From contig CAVPPK010000006.1 of NCBI GenBank assembly GCA_963707385.1, positions 196,102 through 260,101 of the forward strand: a stretch of DNA of 64,000 nucleotides, read 5' to 3'. A program made the translations under genes and the position numbers. Under the pieces are notes generated by a model that ran no database searches, was not told the DNA's origin, and saw nothing but the letters and a program-made list of their open reading frames with translations. Source of the DNA: an uncultured bacterium (lineage in GTDB: Bacteria; Actinomycetota; Actinomycetes; S36-B12). Every line of letters starts with the position of its first letter. The first letter of the stretch is position 1. Shown piece by piece: positions 13,042-26,527 of this stretch.

Positions 13042-14280
13042 GCGTGAACCGCGCGCTGTGGGGCAACGCCCACTACCGACGACTGTTCGCTGCGCGGTCG
13101 ATCAGCAACCTCGGCAACGGGATCGCCCCGATCGCCCTGGCCTTCGGCGTCCTCGAGCTTCCCGGGACCAGCGCCCACGTCGCTGAGCCTCGTGCTTGCC
13201 GCGCAGGCGGTCCCGCTGGTCGTCATGCTGCCGATCGGCGGCGTCGTGGCGGACCGGCTCGGCCGTGCGCGGGTCATCGCCGTCACCGACATCGTTCTCA
13301 GCGCGGTCGTGATGACGACGGCAGTCCTCTTCCTGACGGGCAACCGCGACGGTTCCGCTCCTGGCACTGCTCGGCTTCGTGAGCGGGATCCTGAACGGCC
13401 TCTGGTACCCGGCGTTCCCCGGTCTGGTGCCCGATGTCGTGAAGCGACGAGGAGCACCTGCAGCCCGCCAATGCGATCGTGGGCATCGGATCGAACGTCG
13501 GGATGATCCTCGGCAGCGCCGTCGGCGGCCTTCTCGTCGCCGCCTTCGGGTCGGGCATCGCCATCGCGATCGACTCGCTGACCTTCCTCACGGCTGGACT
13601 GCTCGTGGTCTCCTTCCGTCACGTGTCGAAGGCCGCACGACTCGGGGGAGACGGTCGTGGGCGATCTGGTGCACGGCTGGCGCGTGTTCGTCTCGTTCCG
13701 CTGGATCGTCGTCATCGTGGGCGCCTTCAGCATCATCGTCATGGTCGAGCGCGGGGCGATGGAGGTCATGGGCCCCGTTCTCGCGCGCGAGGAGTACGGG
13801 GGTGCCGCAGGGTGGGCGGTGGTGCTCACCGGGATGTCGCTCGGGCTCCTGCTCGGCGGCATCATGGCGAGTCGACTGCGTCCTGGGCGCCCGATGGTGG
13901 TGGCCATGCTGGGCATGCTCGCCCTGCCCGTGCTCCTGGTGGCGATGGCCTTCGCCGTCAACCTGGCCCTGGTCACCGCTGCTGCCTTCGTGCTGGGCGT
14001 CGCGTTCGAGCTGATGGGCGTGCTGTGGTTCACCGCGCTGCAGGTGAACGTGCCGCGGGAGTCGCTGTCGAGGGTGAGCGCCTACGACGCGATGGGCTCA
14101 CTGATGTTCGGGCCGATCGGGCTGGCGCTGGCCGGCCCGCTGGTCGCGGCGGTGGGACTGCAGACCGCGTTCCTGCTGTCGGCCGCCGTCATCACGGTGG
14201 CCCTCCTGGCCACTCTCCTGTCGTCCTCCGTGCGCGCCCTGCCGTCCCAGTCGCCCCAGCAGCCGCAGACCTCCGTCTGA
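13038..14280 (+). pseudogene. MFS transporter; four +1 breaks (~13180, ~13370, ~13460, ~13650)
   Basis: About 12 hydrophobic segments read through frames 0>1>2>0>1 (ORFs 12396.., 13192.., 13379.., 13479.., 13657..14280). MFS-like loop GGVVADRLGRARV. Confidence 0.8.
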
Positions 14281-14351
14281 CGATGACACCCGGGTCCTTC
14301 TCTGGAAGACTGGCAACGCTTACATCCGCCCGCTAGCCGCAGGAGTCCCCG

Positions 14352-15376
<1,025 letters not shown>

Positions 15377-15382
15377 TCCGTT

Positions 15383-15401
15383 TCTCCCGGAAACCGGGAG
15401 A
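15383..15401 (+). terminator. Stem-loop 7 nt after the fbaA stop (TCTCCCGG-AAA-CCGGGAGA), no U-tract
   Basis: 8-bp perfect stem read directly. A second imperfect hairpin (CCGGGTCCC..GGGGCCCGG) follows. Factor-independent termination without a U-tract is only an inference. Confidence 0.4.
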
Positions 15402-15471
15402 GTTCGGCGATCCCGGGTCCCTCAGGGGCCCGGATTCGCTGCATTTCTCCCGGCCTTGGCAGGCTGTCGGC

Positions 15472-15878
15472 ATGACCCTCGGACAGAACCTCCTCGACGG
15501 ACCGCCGCCCACGCTGCTCCCGGAGGACCCGGCCGCCGCCGAGCTCGCCGCCGGCGCCGATCCCGACGCCGTCGTCCGCACCCACCCGACCAGCTCGCTC
15601 GCGTGGGCCGTCCTGGCCGACCAGGCCTGGGCCGACGGTCGCGTCGTCGAGTCGTACGCCTTCGCCCGCGTCGGCTACCACCGCGGCCTGCGACTCGCTG
15701 CGCCGCAACGGCTGGAAGGGCCACGGCCCGGTGCCGTGGAACCACGAGCCGAACCAGGGCTTCCTGCGCTGCCTGCGCTCCCTCGGCCGCGCCGCGGCGG
15801 CCATGGGCGAGCAGGACGAGGTCGACCGCATCGGCGGCGTTCATCGACGACTGCGACCCGTCCGTCCCGCGCGACTGA
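15472..15878 (+). pseudogene. DUF3151-like protein; two +1 breaks (~15700, ~15835)
   Basis: ...WAVLADQAWADGRVVESYAFARVGYHRGLD-like, then NGWKGHGPVPWNHEPNQGFLRCLRSLGRAA, then AFIDDCDPSVPRD-stop. This is the conserved actinobacterial gene next to fbaA, as I recall it. Confidence 0.6.
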
Positions 15879-16860
15879 TGACCGCGACCGTCGTCGGCGG
15901 CGGCATCAGCGGTGTCGCGTGCGCCGCGTCGCTGGCCGGCCACGGCGTCGACGTCGAGCTCCTCGACCGGGGGCGGAGGCTCGGCGGCCGCATGGCCTCG
16001 CGCACCCTGCGCGGCACCGGCACGCCGGCCGACGGCCGCGTCGTCGACATCGGCGCGTCGTACTTCACGGCACGCGACGATCCGACTTCGTCGCCGTGGT
16101 CGACGACCTCGTCGACCGGGGCGTGGTGCGCCCCTGGACTGACTCCTTCCACGTCGCCGGTCCGACCGGCATCGAGGGCGTGCCGGTCGGGCCCGATGCG
16201 GTACGCAGCGCCCGCGGACTGCGCAGCGTCGTCGAGGCCATGGCGGCTGCGGTGCCCGGCGTTGCCGTTCGCCAGGCGCACGAGGTCGCGTCCGTCTCGA
16301 TCATCGGTGACGTCGTCGCGGTGGACGACCGGCCGTCCGACGCGGTCGCCCTCTGCCTGCCGCACCCCCAGGCCGTGCGGATCGCCGACGGCCTCCCGGC
16401 GTCGCACCACACGTGGGAGCCGGTCATCGCGGTGACGTGCGTCTTCGACCGTCGCCACTGGATCGAGCTGGACGGCGTGTTCGTGAACGACGACCCCGTG
16501 CTGACGTGGATCGCCGACGACGGTCGCCGCCGAGGCGACGAGGCCCCGGTCCTCGTCGCCCACGTCCATCCGGTGCTCGCGGCGCGGCACCTCGACGACC
16601 CTGCATCGGTGGCGCCGATGGCGATCGCCGCCCTGCAGCGCGTCCTCGGGATCGATGCGTATCCCGACTGGGTCGACTGCCACCGGTGGACGTTCGCCAG
16701 GCCGATGACCGGCAGCGAGGAGCCGTTCTGGCTGCACGACGACGTGAACCTCGGACTGGCGGGCGACGCCTGGTCGGGTGGCCCGCGAGTCGAGGCGGCA
16801 TGGCTGTCCGGACACCGGCTCGGCGCGGCGCTGGCCACGCGCCTCACCGGCTCCGCCTGA
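15878..16860 (+). pseudogene. NAD(P)/FAD-dependent oxidoreductase (amine-oxidase/renalase-like); one net -1 break at 16082-16083
   Basis: Dinucleotide-binding VVGGGISGVACA...ELLDRGRRLGGR. The C-terminal [10 protein letters not shown] is typical of flavin amine-oxidase folds. Confidence 0.7.
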
Positions 16861-18163
<1,303 letters not shown>

Positions 18164-18167
<4 letters not shown>

Positions 18168-18634
18168 GCCTGCGCCCGGCCACCCGGGCCGATCTCGACC
18201 GGATTCGCGCCGTCCAGGCCGAGTGGTGGGGCGGACGCGACCTGACCGCGCTGCTCCAGCCCCTGTTCCTGGAGAACTTCGCGTCGACGAGCCTGATCGC
18301 GGACGACGACGACGGCTCGCTTGCCGGGTTCCTCATCGGGTTCCCGTCGCAGGACGATCCCGCCGCCGCCTACGTCCACTTCATCGGCGTCGCACCCACG
18401 CATCGCGGCACGGGTCTCGGGCGCGCACTGCACGATGCGTTCGCCGAGCGGATGGCCGAGCGCGGCATCAGCACCGTGCGGTGCGTGACCTCGCCGGTCA
18501 ACGCCGACTCGGTCGCCTTCCACCAGCGGATCGGCTTCGCCATCGAGGCGCAGGACGACGGACGTACGTGCACTTCGTGCGGCACGATCGGCAGCGCCGC
18601 GGTTCGTGCCGCGCGTCGATCCCCGGCCCGATGA
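18164..18634 (+). pseudogene. GNAT-family N-acetyltransferase; 3' end uncertain
   Basis: ATGA overlap with the purA stop. The acetyl-CoA motif region is [19 protein letters not shown]. The frame near 18560-18634 is ambiguous. Confidence 0.7.
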
Positions 18635-19237
18635 CCCTCCGTGGCCGCGGGCCCAGTGGCCGCTCGAGCCGTCGACGACGCTGCACGCACGCCGGAGTGA
18701 CCGTCCGGCTGGCGACGCCGAGGGACGGGCTCGCGCTGTTCGAGGCCCTCGACCACGACGCGTGCTGGACGCACGTCAAGGGCCGGCCCGAGACCGAGGA
18801 CGACGTCGTGCAGACCATCCTCGACGCCACGCGGCAGGGCCGGTGGATGTGGATCGTCGAGCTCGACGGTCGCGTCGTCGGCACGACCTCCTTCCTCGAG
18901 GTGTCGCCCGGTCGACGCCCGCCTCGAGATCGGCTTCACGGTCTACGCACCCGAGGTGTGGGCCGGCTCGCGTCAATCCCGCCTGCAAGTTCCTGCTGAT
19001 GGAGTGGGCGTTCGACCACGGGTTCGGTCGCGTGCAGCTCAAGACCGACATCCGCAACGCCCGCAGCCAGCAGGCGATCGCCCGACTGGGCGCGCGGTAC
19101 GAGGGCGTGCTCCGTCGCTACCAGCGCCGTCAGGACGACTCAGTGCGGGACACCGTCGTGTTCTCGGTGACGGCCGAGGACTGGCCAACCGTGCGGGACG
19201 GACTGCTCGACGCCGCGCTGTGCATAGGCACGGCTGA
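18606..19237 (+). pseudogene. GNAT-family (RimJ/RimL-like) N-acetyltransferase; about three breaks; both ends uncertain
   Basis: VRLATPRDGLALFEALDHD..., IVELDGRVVGTTSFLEVSP, ARLEIGFTVYAPEVWG-like, NPACKFLLMEWAFDHGFGRVQLKTDIRNARSQQAIARLGARYEGVLR, read across three frames. Confidence 0.6.
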
Positions 19238-19390
19238 GGTGTCAGCGCGAGTCGCGTGCCGCTGCGACGCGACGTGCGCGTCGCCGGCTCGTTCGGCGCA
19301 CTTCCGCATCCCTCCAGGTCGGCGTACCCTCGACGGCTATCGACGTGCGGTCGAGGTCCGCACGTGGGCTCGATCCGCGGGGAGACAGTC

Positions 19391-19558
19391 ATGAGCGAAC
19401 CCACACAGCCGCAGCACCGACGCAGCCTGCGATGCAGGCTCGGCCTGCATCGCCACGTGAAGGCCACCAACGACGAGGGTGGGCGCTACCTGGTCTGCGA
19501 GAGGTGCGGGAAGGAGTCCTTCCCACCTGATTCCGCGGGTCCGCGCATCGTGGTCTGA
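19391..19558 (+). CDS. Small hypothetical protein with a C..H...CxxC zinc-ribbon-like pattern
   Basis: MSEPTQPQHRRSLRCRLGLHRHVKATNDEGGRYLVCERCGKESFPPD. The ATG is preceded by GGGGAGA. No family assignment possible. Confidence 0.4.
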   Translation: MSEPTQPQHRRSLRCRLGLHRHVKATNDEGGRYLVCERCGKESFPPDSAGPRIVV

Positions 19559-19563
19559 CGGGG

Positions 19564-20480
19564 ATGTCTCGTGTCCTGCATCCCGTCCGCAGGGTCGCTG
19601 TCGGCACGGGCATCTCGATGGCGTTCTGGGAGCACGGCACTCGCGGGGCGCCTTCGCTGCTGCTCCTTCATGCCTGGGGAGAGTCCCTCGCCAGTTTCGA
19701 CCGCCTGACGGACGGACTGCCGGACGCGGTGCACGTGCTGGCGGTCGACCTGCGCGGTCACGGGCACTCGGACAAGCCGCTCCACGGCTATGACCTGGTG
19801 ACCGCGCCGACGACATCCGTGCCTTCCTGGATGCGGTCGGGGTGGCGTCGGCCGTCCTTGTCGGGTCATCCAGTGGCGGCTACGTCGCGCAGCAGGTGGC
19901 GGTCTCGGCTCCTGATCGCGTGCGACGGCCTGGTGCTCGCAGGGGTTCCGCTCAGCCTCGCGCGGTCGGCCCGACTTCGCCGACGAGATCGACGCCCTGG
20001 TGGACCCGATCTCGCCGGACTGGGCTCGCGACTTCGTCGCCGGGTTCGGCCTCGAGAGCGAGGTGCCGGCCGGCTACCTCGCCGATCGGCGTCCAGGACG
20101 CGCTCGCCATCCCGGCGGCCGTGTGGAGACTCAGCCTGGCCGGCCTCACCGAGTCGCCCCCACCCCTGCGAACGGGGCGGATCACGGCGCCCACCCTGGC
20201 GATCTGGGGGGACAGGGATCCGTTCGTCACGTTGGACGACCAGGCAGCGCTGGTCGCCGGCATCCCGGGCGCACGCCGCGAGACATACGCGGGGGTCGGC
20301 CACCTGGTCCTGTGGGAGCAGCCGGGTCGGCTCGCCGATGACGTCACCGCGTTCGTCGAGGTGCTGGAGGCGGGGCCGGTCGCAGCCCGAATCGTCGTGA
20401 ACATTCCGGCCCCCTTACCCTGCTCGGGCGGAGCGCGTACCGTGCTCGCGTCGACTGGCACGACCCTGAGGAGCCCCTGA
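19564..20480 (+). pseudogene. Alpha/beta-fold hydrolase; about five breaks; 3' end uncertain
   Basis: SLLLLHAWGES, AVDLRGHGHSDKP, VGSSSGGYVA (GxSxG), TLAIWGDRDPFV, GVGHLVLWEQP, spread over three frames. Confidence 0.7.
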
Positions 20481-21830
20481 TGTCCTTCACCGCCGACCCC
20501 GCTGAGGGCAAGCGCGTCCACGATCTCGACCGTGCGCACGTCTTCCACTCGTGGAGCGCGCAGGCGCAGATCAACCCGATGGACATCGCCGCGGCCGAGG
20601 GCTGCTACGTCTGGGACTACGACGGCAACCGCTACCTCGACCTCTCCTCGCAGCTGGTCAACGTCAACATCGGCCACCAGCACCCCAAGGTCGTCAAGGC
20701 GATCCAGGACCAGGCCGCCAAGATGGCCACCATCGCCCCGCAGCACGCCAACGACGTGCGCGGCGAGGCGGCCAAGCGCATCGTCGACGTCGCTCCCGAC
20801 GGCATGAACAAGGTGTTCTTCACCAACGGCGGCGCCGACGCCAACGAGAACGCCGTGCGCATGGCGCGCCTGCACACGGGCAAGCAGAAGGTGCTGAGCG
20901 CCTACCGCTCGTACCACGGCAACACCGCCGTCGCGATCCAGGCGACCGGCGACCCGCGTCGCTGGCCCAACGAGTACGCCGTCGCACCAGGTGCACTTCT
21001 TCGGCCCGTACCCGTACCGCTCCAGCTTCTGGTCGACGACGCCCGAGCAGGAGTCCGAGCGCGCGCTGCAGCACCTCGAGCAGGTCATCCAGTTCGAGGG
21101 CCCCGGCACCATCGCGGCGATCCTGCTGGAGTCGGTGGTCGGCACCGCCGGCGTGCTCATCCCGCCGCCGGGCTACATGGAGGGCGTCCGCGCGCTCTGC
21201 GACACGTACGGGATCATCTTCATCGCCGACGAGGTCATGGCCGGCTTCGGCCGCACCGGGACGTGGTTCGCGTTCGAGCACTTCAACGTCGACGCCCGAC
21301 CTCATCACCTTCGCGAAGGGCTCGAACTCCGGCTACGTCCCGGTCGGCGGCGTGATCATCTCCGACGCGATCGCCGCGACCTTCGACGACCGCGTCTTCC
21401 CCGGCGGCCTCACCTACTCCGGCCACCCGCTGGCCGCCGCCTCCATCGTCGCCTCGATCGACGCGATGAAGGAGGAGGGCATCGTCGAGAACGCCGCGCA
21501 CATCGGCGAGAACGTGCTCGGGCCCGGGCCTGCGCGAGCTGGCCGAGCGGCACCCGGTCATCGGCGAGGTGCGCGGCCTGGGCGTGTTCTGGGCGCTCGA
21601 CCTCGTCACGAACCGCGAGACGCGCGAGCCGCTCGCGCCCTACGGCGGCACGTCGCCGGCGATGGCCGAGCTCGGCGCGGAGATGCAAGAAGCGCGGCGC
21701 GATGCCGTTCATGAACTTCAACCGCCTCCACGTCGTGCCGCCGTGCACCATCACCGAGGCCGAGGCCAAGGAGGGCCTCGCGATCCTCGACGAGGCCTTC
21801 GCCGCCATCGGCAAGCACTATCAGGGCTGA
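20480..21830 (+). pseudogene. Class-III (omega-type) PLP aminotransferase; four +1 breaks (~20985, ~21295, ~21530, ~21690)
   Basis: YLDLSSQLVNVNIGHQHP, FFTNGGADANENAVRMAR, IFIADEVMAGFGRTG, ITFAKGSNSGYVPVGG (PLP-lysine context), NRLHVVPPCT. Confidence 0.85.
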
Positions 21831-21855
21831 TTCGTCGCCTCACTAGGCTGACGGC

Positions 21856-23135
21856 GTGAAGGTCCTCGTCGTCGGGTCCGGTGCTCGCGAGCACGCCATC
21901 ATCTCGGCGCTGCTGGCCGACGACACCGTCACGGAGGTCGTGGCCGCCCCGGGCAACGCCGGGATCGCGCAGCTGGTCGCCACGCATCCGGTCGACGTCG
22001 GCGACCGCCGCGGCGGTGGCCGAGCTGGCCGCGCCGTCGGCCGCCGACCTCGTCGTGATCGGCCCCGAGGTGCCGCTGGTGGCCGGCGCAGCGGATGCCG
22101 TGCGCGCCCTCGGCATCGCCTGCTTCGGTCCCGTCCGCCGCAGCGGCCCAGCTCGAGGGGAGCAAGGCGTTCGCCAAGCAGGTCATGGCCGAGGCCGGCG
22201 TGCCGACGTCGATGGCGCACGTGTGCACGACGATCGACGAGGTCGGCGCGGCACTCGACCAGTTCGGTCCGCCGTACGTCGTCAAGGACGACGGACTCGC
22301 GGCCGGCAAGGGAGTCGTCGTCACGTCGGACCGCGCCGAGGCGATCGCGCACGCCCGATCCTGCTTCACCAAGGGCAATGACGCGCAGGTCGTGATCGAG
22401 GAGTTCCTCGACGGTCCCGAGGTGTCGCTGTTCGCGATCACCGACGGCACGACGGTCGCTGCCGCTGCAGCCCGCGCAGGACTTCAAGCGGGCAGGCGAC
22501 GACGACGCCGGGCCCAACACCGGGCGGGATGGGTGCGTACTCGCCGCTGCCCTGGGCGCCGCCGACCCTCGTCGCCGACGTGACCGAGCGAGTGCTGCAG
22601 CCGATGGTCGACGCGATGCGCCACCGGGGCACGCCGTTCTCCGGCCTGCTGTACGCCGGGCTCGCCATGACCTCGCGCGGGGTCCGCGTCATCGAGTTCA
22701 ACGCGCGCTTCGGCGACCCGGAGACCCAGGTGGTGCTCGCGAACCTGCGCTCGCCGCTCGGGCAGGTGCTGATGGCGGCAGCGACCGGACGGCTCGCCGA
22801 GATCCCCCATCTGGTCTGGCAGTCCGGCTACGCCGTCACCGTCGTCATCGCGGCCGAGGGCTACCCGGCGTCACCTCGCACCGGCGACGTCATCGAGGGG
22901 CTCGCGGAGGCCGCCGACCAGGTCGGCGTCGACGTGTTCCACGCCGGCACGACCGTGACGGACGACGGCGAGATCGCCTCCGTCGGGCGGCCGGGTGCTG
23001 TCGGTGACCGCGCACGGGGAGACGCTCGCCCGCGCGCGCGAGCACGCCTACGCCGCGGTCGACCTCATCCGGCTGCAGGGATCGCACCACCGCCGAGACA
23101 TCGCGAAGAGGGCCGCCGACGAGATGGGAGGATGA
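21856..23135 (+). pseudogene. purD: Phosphoribosylamine-glycine ligase; about five +1 breaks
   Basis: [73 protein letters not shown]. Stop TGA 23133-23135. Confidence 0.93.
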
Positions 23136-23139
23136 CGGC

Positions 23140-24576
23140 GTGAGCGTGAAACCCACAATCCCCAACGTCCTCGCCGGCCGCTACGCGTCCGCCGTCGATG
23201 ACCGGCGTGTGGTCGCCGGAGGCCAAGATCGTCATGGAGCGTCGGCTGTGGCTCGCCGTCGCCGCCGCGCAGGTCGACCTCGGCCTCGACATCCCGGCAG
23301 CGGCGCTCGACGACTACCGCCGCGTGATCGACCAGGTCGACCTCGCCTCGATCGCCGAGCGCGAGCGCGTCACCAAGCACGACGTCAAGGCGCGCATCGA
23401 GGAGTTCAACGCACTGGCCGGGCCACGAGTACGTGCACCTGGGGATGACCTCGCGCGACCTCACCGAGAACGTCGAGCAGCTGCAGGTGCGCGACGCGAT
23501 GGTCATCATCCGCGACCGGTGCGTGGCGGCGCTCGACCGGCTGTCGGCCCTCGCGATCGCGTACTCCGACACCGCCATCACCGGCCGCTCGCACAACGTG
23601 CCCGCGCAGACCACCACGCTCGGCAAGCGGTTCGCCTCCGCCGCCGACGAGCTGCTCGTCGCCTTCGCGCGGCTCGAGGAGCTCATCGCGCGCTACCCGC
23701 TGCGCGGCATCAAGGGCCCCGTCGGCACGGCGCAGGACATGCTCGACCTGATGGGCGGGGACGAGGAGCGGCTGGGCCGGCTCGAGTCGGCCGTGGCGCA
23801 GCACCTCGGCTTCGCGAACGTCCTCGACAGCGTCGGTCAGGTGTACCCGCGCTCGCTCGACCTCGACGTCGTCTCCGCGCTGGCGCAGGTGTCGGCGGCC
23901 CCGTCGAGCCTGGCCACGACGATCCGGCTCATGGCCGGCCACGACCTCGTGACCGAGGGCTTCCGGCCCGGGCAGGTCGGGTCGTCGGCGATGCCGCACA
24001 AGATGAACTCCCGCTCGTGCGAGCGGGTGAACGGCTTCGCGGTGCTGCTGCGCGGCTACCTGACGATGGTCGGCCGACCTCTCGGGCAGCCAGTGGAACG
24101 AGGGCGACGTCTACTGCTCGGTCGTGCGACGCGTGGCGCTGCCCGACGCGTTCTTCGCGATCGACGGGCTGTTCGAGACCTTCCTCACCGTGCTCGACGA
24201 CTTCGGCGCCTTCCCCGCCGTGATCGACCGCGAGCTCGAGCGCTACCTGCCGTTCCTGTCGACCACGAAGGTGCTGATGGCCTCCGTGCGCAAGGGCGTC
24301 GGCCGCGAGACCGCGCACGAGGCGATCAAGGAGCACGCGGTGCGGTGGCACTCGCGATGCGCGAGGACGGCCAGGGCGAGCAACGACCTGCTCGCCCGGC
24401 TGGCAGGCGACGAGCGTCTCGACCTGTCGGAGGCCGAGCTGCTCGACCTCGTCGCCGAGCCGCTGTCGTTCACCGGTGCGGCGGCCAGCCAGGTGCGCGC
24501 GATCGCCGACCGGGTCGCCGTCATCGTCGACCGCTATCCCGATGCCGCGTCCTACCGACCTGGAGACATCCTGTGA
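23140..24576 (+). pseudogene. purB: Adenylosuccinate lyase; about five breaks (including a close -1/+1 pair at ~24345-24385)
   Basis: HLGMTSRDLTENV, GRSHNVPAQTTTLGKR, GIKGPVGT, SSAMPHKMNSRSCERV (signature region). GTG start at 23140. GTGA overlap with purC. Confidence 0.93.
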
Positions 24577-25473
24577 GCGTGACGGCACCCGACTACGGCC
24601 TCGGGCCCGAGTACGAGCACATCTACTCCGGCAAGGTGCGCGACCTCTACCGCACGCCCGACGACCGGCTGCTGTTCGTGGCGAGCGACCGCATCTCGGC
24701 GTACGACTGGGTGCTGCCCACCGCCGATCCCGGACAAGGGCCGGATCCTGACCGCGCTGTCGAAGTGGTGGTTCAAGCGGCTCGAGGGCGTGGTGCCGAA
24801 CCACGTGGCGTCGGGCAGGATCCCCAAGGCCGTCGCCGGCCGCGCGATGGTGTGCGAGCGCGCTCGACATGCTGCCCGTCGAGTGCGTCGTGCGCGGCTA
24901 CCTCGCCGGGTCCGGGCTGGTCCGACTACCTGGCCACCGGCCAGATCTGCGGCAACGGCCTGCCGCCGGGCCTGAAGGACGGCTCGGAGCTGCCCAAGAT
25001 CCTCTTCACGCCGGCGACGAAGGCCGCGCTCGGCGAGCACGACGAGAACGTGACCTTCGACGAGGTGATCGTCGCCGTCGGGCAGGAGGAGGCACAGGAG
25101 CTCAAGCGCATGTCGCTGGCCGTCTACGAGGTCGCGCTGGAGACCGCGCGCGAGCGCGGCCTCATCCTCGCCGACACCAAGTTCGAGTTCGGCTTCGCGC
25201 GGTCGGGCAAGAACGCGGGCAGGCTCGTGCTGGCCGACGAGGTGCTCACCCCGGACTCCTCGCGCTACTGGGACGCGGCGCTGTGGAGCCCGGGTCAGGC
25301 CGCAGCCGTCGTTCGACAAGCAGTTCGTGCGCGACTGGCTGACGTCGCCGGAGTCGGGCTGGGACCGGCACTCCGACACGCCGCCGCCGCCGCTGCCCGA
25401 CCACGTGGTCGAGCAGACCCGCGCGAAGTACGTCGAGGCGTACGAGCGCCTCACCGGCGAGGTCTTCGCGTGA
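24573..25473 (+). pseudogene. purC: SAICAR synthase; four +1 breaks (~24725, ~24865, ~24920, ~25300)
   Basis: [66 protein letters not shown]. Confidence 0.9.
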
Positions 25474-26447
25474 CGCCGGTGGCTGGTCACCGGCGGCGCC
25501 GGCTACATCGGCTCCCACGTCGTCGAGGAGCTGCTGGCGAGCGGACGCGAGGTCGTCGTCCTCGACGACTTCTCCGCCGGCCTCGAGCAGCGGCTGCGTG
25601 CCCGGGCGTGCCCGTCGTGCGCGGCGTCGGTCCTCGACCGCGCCGCGGTCGAGACTGCCCTGCGCGAGCATCACGTCGACGGGGTCATCCACCTGGCCGC
25701 GCGCAAGGCGGCCGGCGAGTCGGTCGACATCCCGCTGTACTACTACCGCGAGAACGTCGACGGCATCCTCACGCGTGCTGGAGGCCATGCAGGCGGCCGG
25801 CGTCGACTCGGCTGGTCTACTCCTCGTCCGCCGCGGTCTACGGCACCCCGCCCGAGAACCCCGTCCACGAGGACTCGCCGCTGCATCCGGAGTCGCCCTA
25901 CGGCGAGACCAAGGTGATCGGCGAGTGGATGGCCGCCGCGAGCGGGGTCGCCTGGGGCCTGTCCTGGGTGGCGCTGCGCTACTTCAACGTCGCCGGCGCC
26001 GGCCGGGACGAGCTCGGCGACAACAGCGTGAACAACCTGATCCCCATGGTGTTCCGCGCCCTCGAGGAGGGCCGGCGTCCGCAGATCTTCGGCGACGACT
26101 ACCCGACGCCGGACGGCACCTGCATCCGCGACTACATCCACGTCGCCGACCTCGCCGTCGGCGCACGTGGCCGCGGCGCCAGCGGTGCGAGTCGGGGCAG
26201 GCGGCCGACGCCTACAACGTCGGACGCGGCATCGGCTCGTCGGTGCGCGAGGTCATGGACGCCGTCAGCGCGACCGCTCGGCCGCGACGTCGACCCCGAG
26301 GTGGTGGCCCGTCGGGCCGGCGACCCGCCCGCGACCTTCGCCGCGACGGAGCGGATCGCCGCCGACCTGGGCTGGCGGGCGACGCGCGACCTGCCCGACA
26401 TGGTCGAGTCGGCCTGGTCCGCCTGGCAGGCGTCCGCCCGCACCTGA
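25470..26447 (+). pseudogene. galE: UDP-glucose 4-epimerase-like NAD-dependent epimerase; about six breaks
   Basis: VTGGAGYIGSHVV, YSSSAAVYG, PYGETKVIGE (YxxxK), RYFNVAGAG, CIRDYIHVADLA. The GTG at 25470 overlaps the purC stop (GTGA), and the frame breaks within the first few codons. Confidence 0.8.
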
Positions 26448-26469
26448 CCGTCCTCGACCGAGCCTCGTC

Positions 26470-26527
26470 GAGTGTGCAGTTGTTGGGCGCTCACCCGCGC
26501 GCGGACGGGCCCAACAACTGCACACTC
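26470..26527. terminator. Perfect 19-bp-stem hairpin between convergent galE and the deazaflavin-nitroreductase gene
   Basis: GAGTGTGCAGTTGTTGGGC (26470-26488) pairs with GCCCAACAACTGCACACTC (26509-26527). The 20-nt loop contains the palindrome CCGCGCGCGG. The right arm overlaps the minus-strand stop codon at 26526-26528. A terminator role is inferred from position only. Confidence 0.5.

Noticed and set aside
15443-15452. Repeat of the 10-mer TTTCTCCCGG (15381-15390 and 15443-15452) in the fbaA/DUF3151 intergenic region
   Set aside because: It is too short, and it partly reflects the terminator-like stem sequence. There is no further structure or similarity to the CCCAG repeat family beyond a shared CGGATTC heptamer.
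21831-21855. Purine- or ZTP-type riboswitch in front of the pur genes (also 27000-27065 and 40397-40437)
   Set aside because: The intergenic regions are only about 25-65 nt, and I see none of the conserved ZTP (…CCGCCUGGGC) or purine-riboswitch core sequences by eye. A covariance-model scan would be the proper test.
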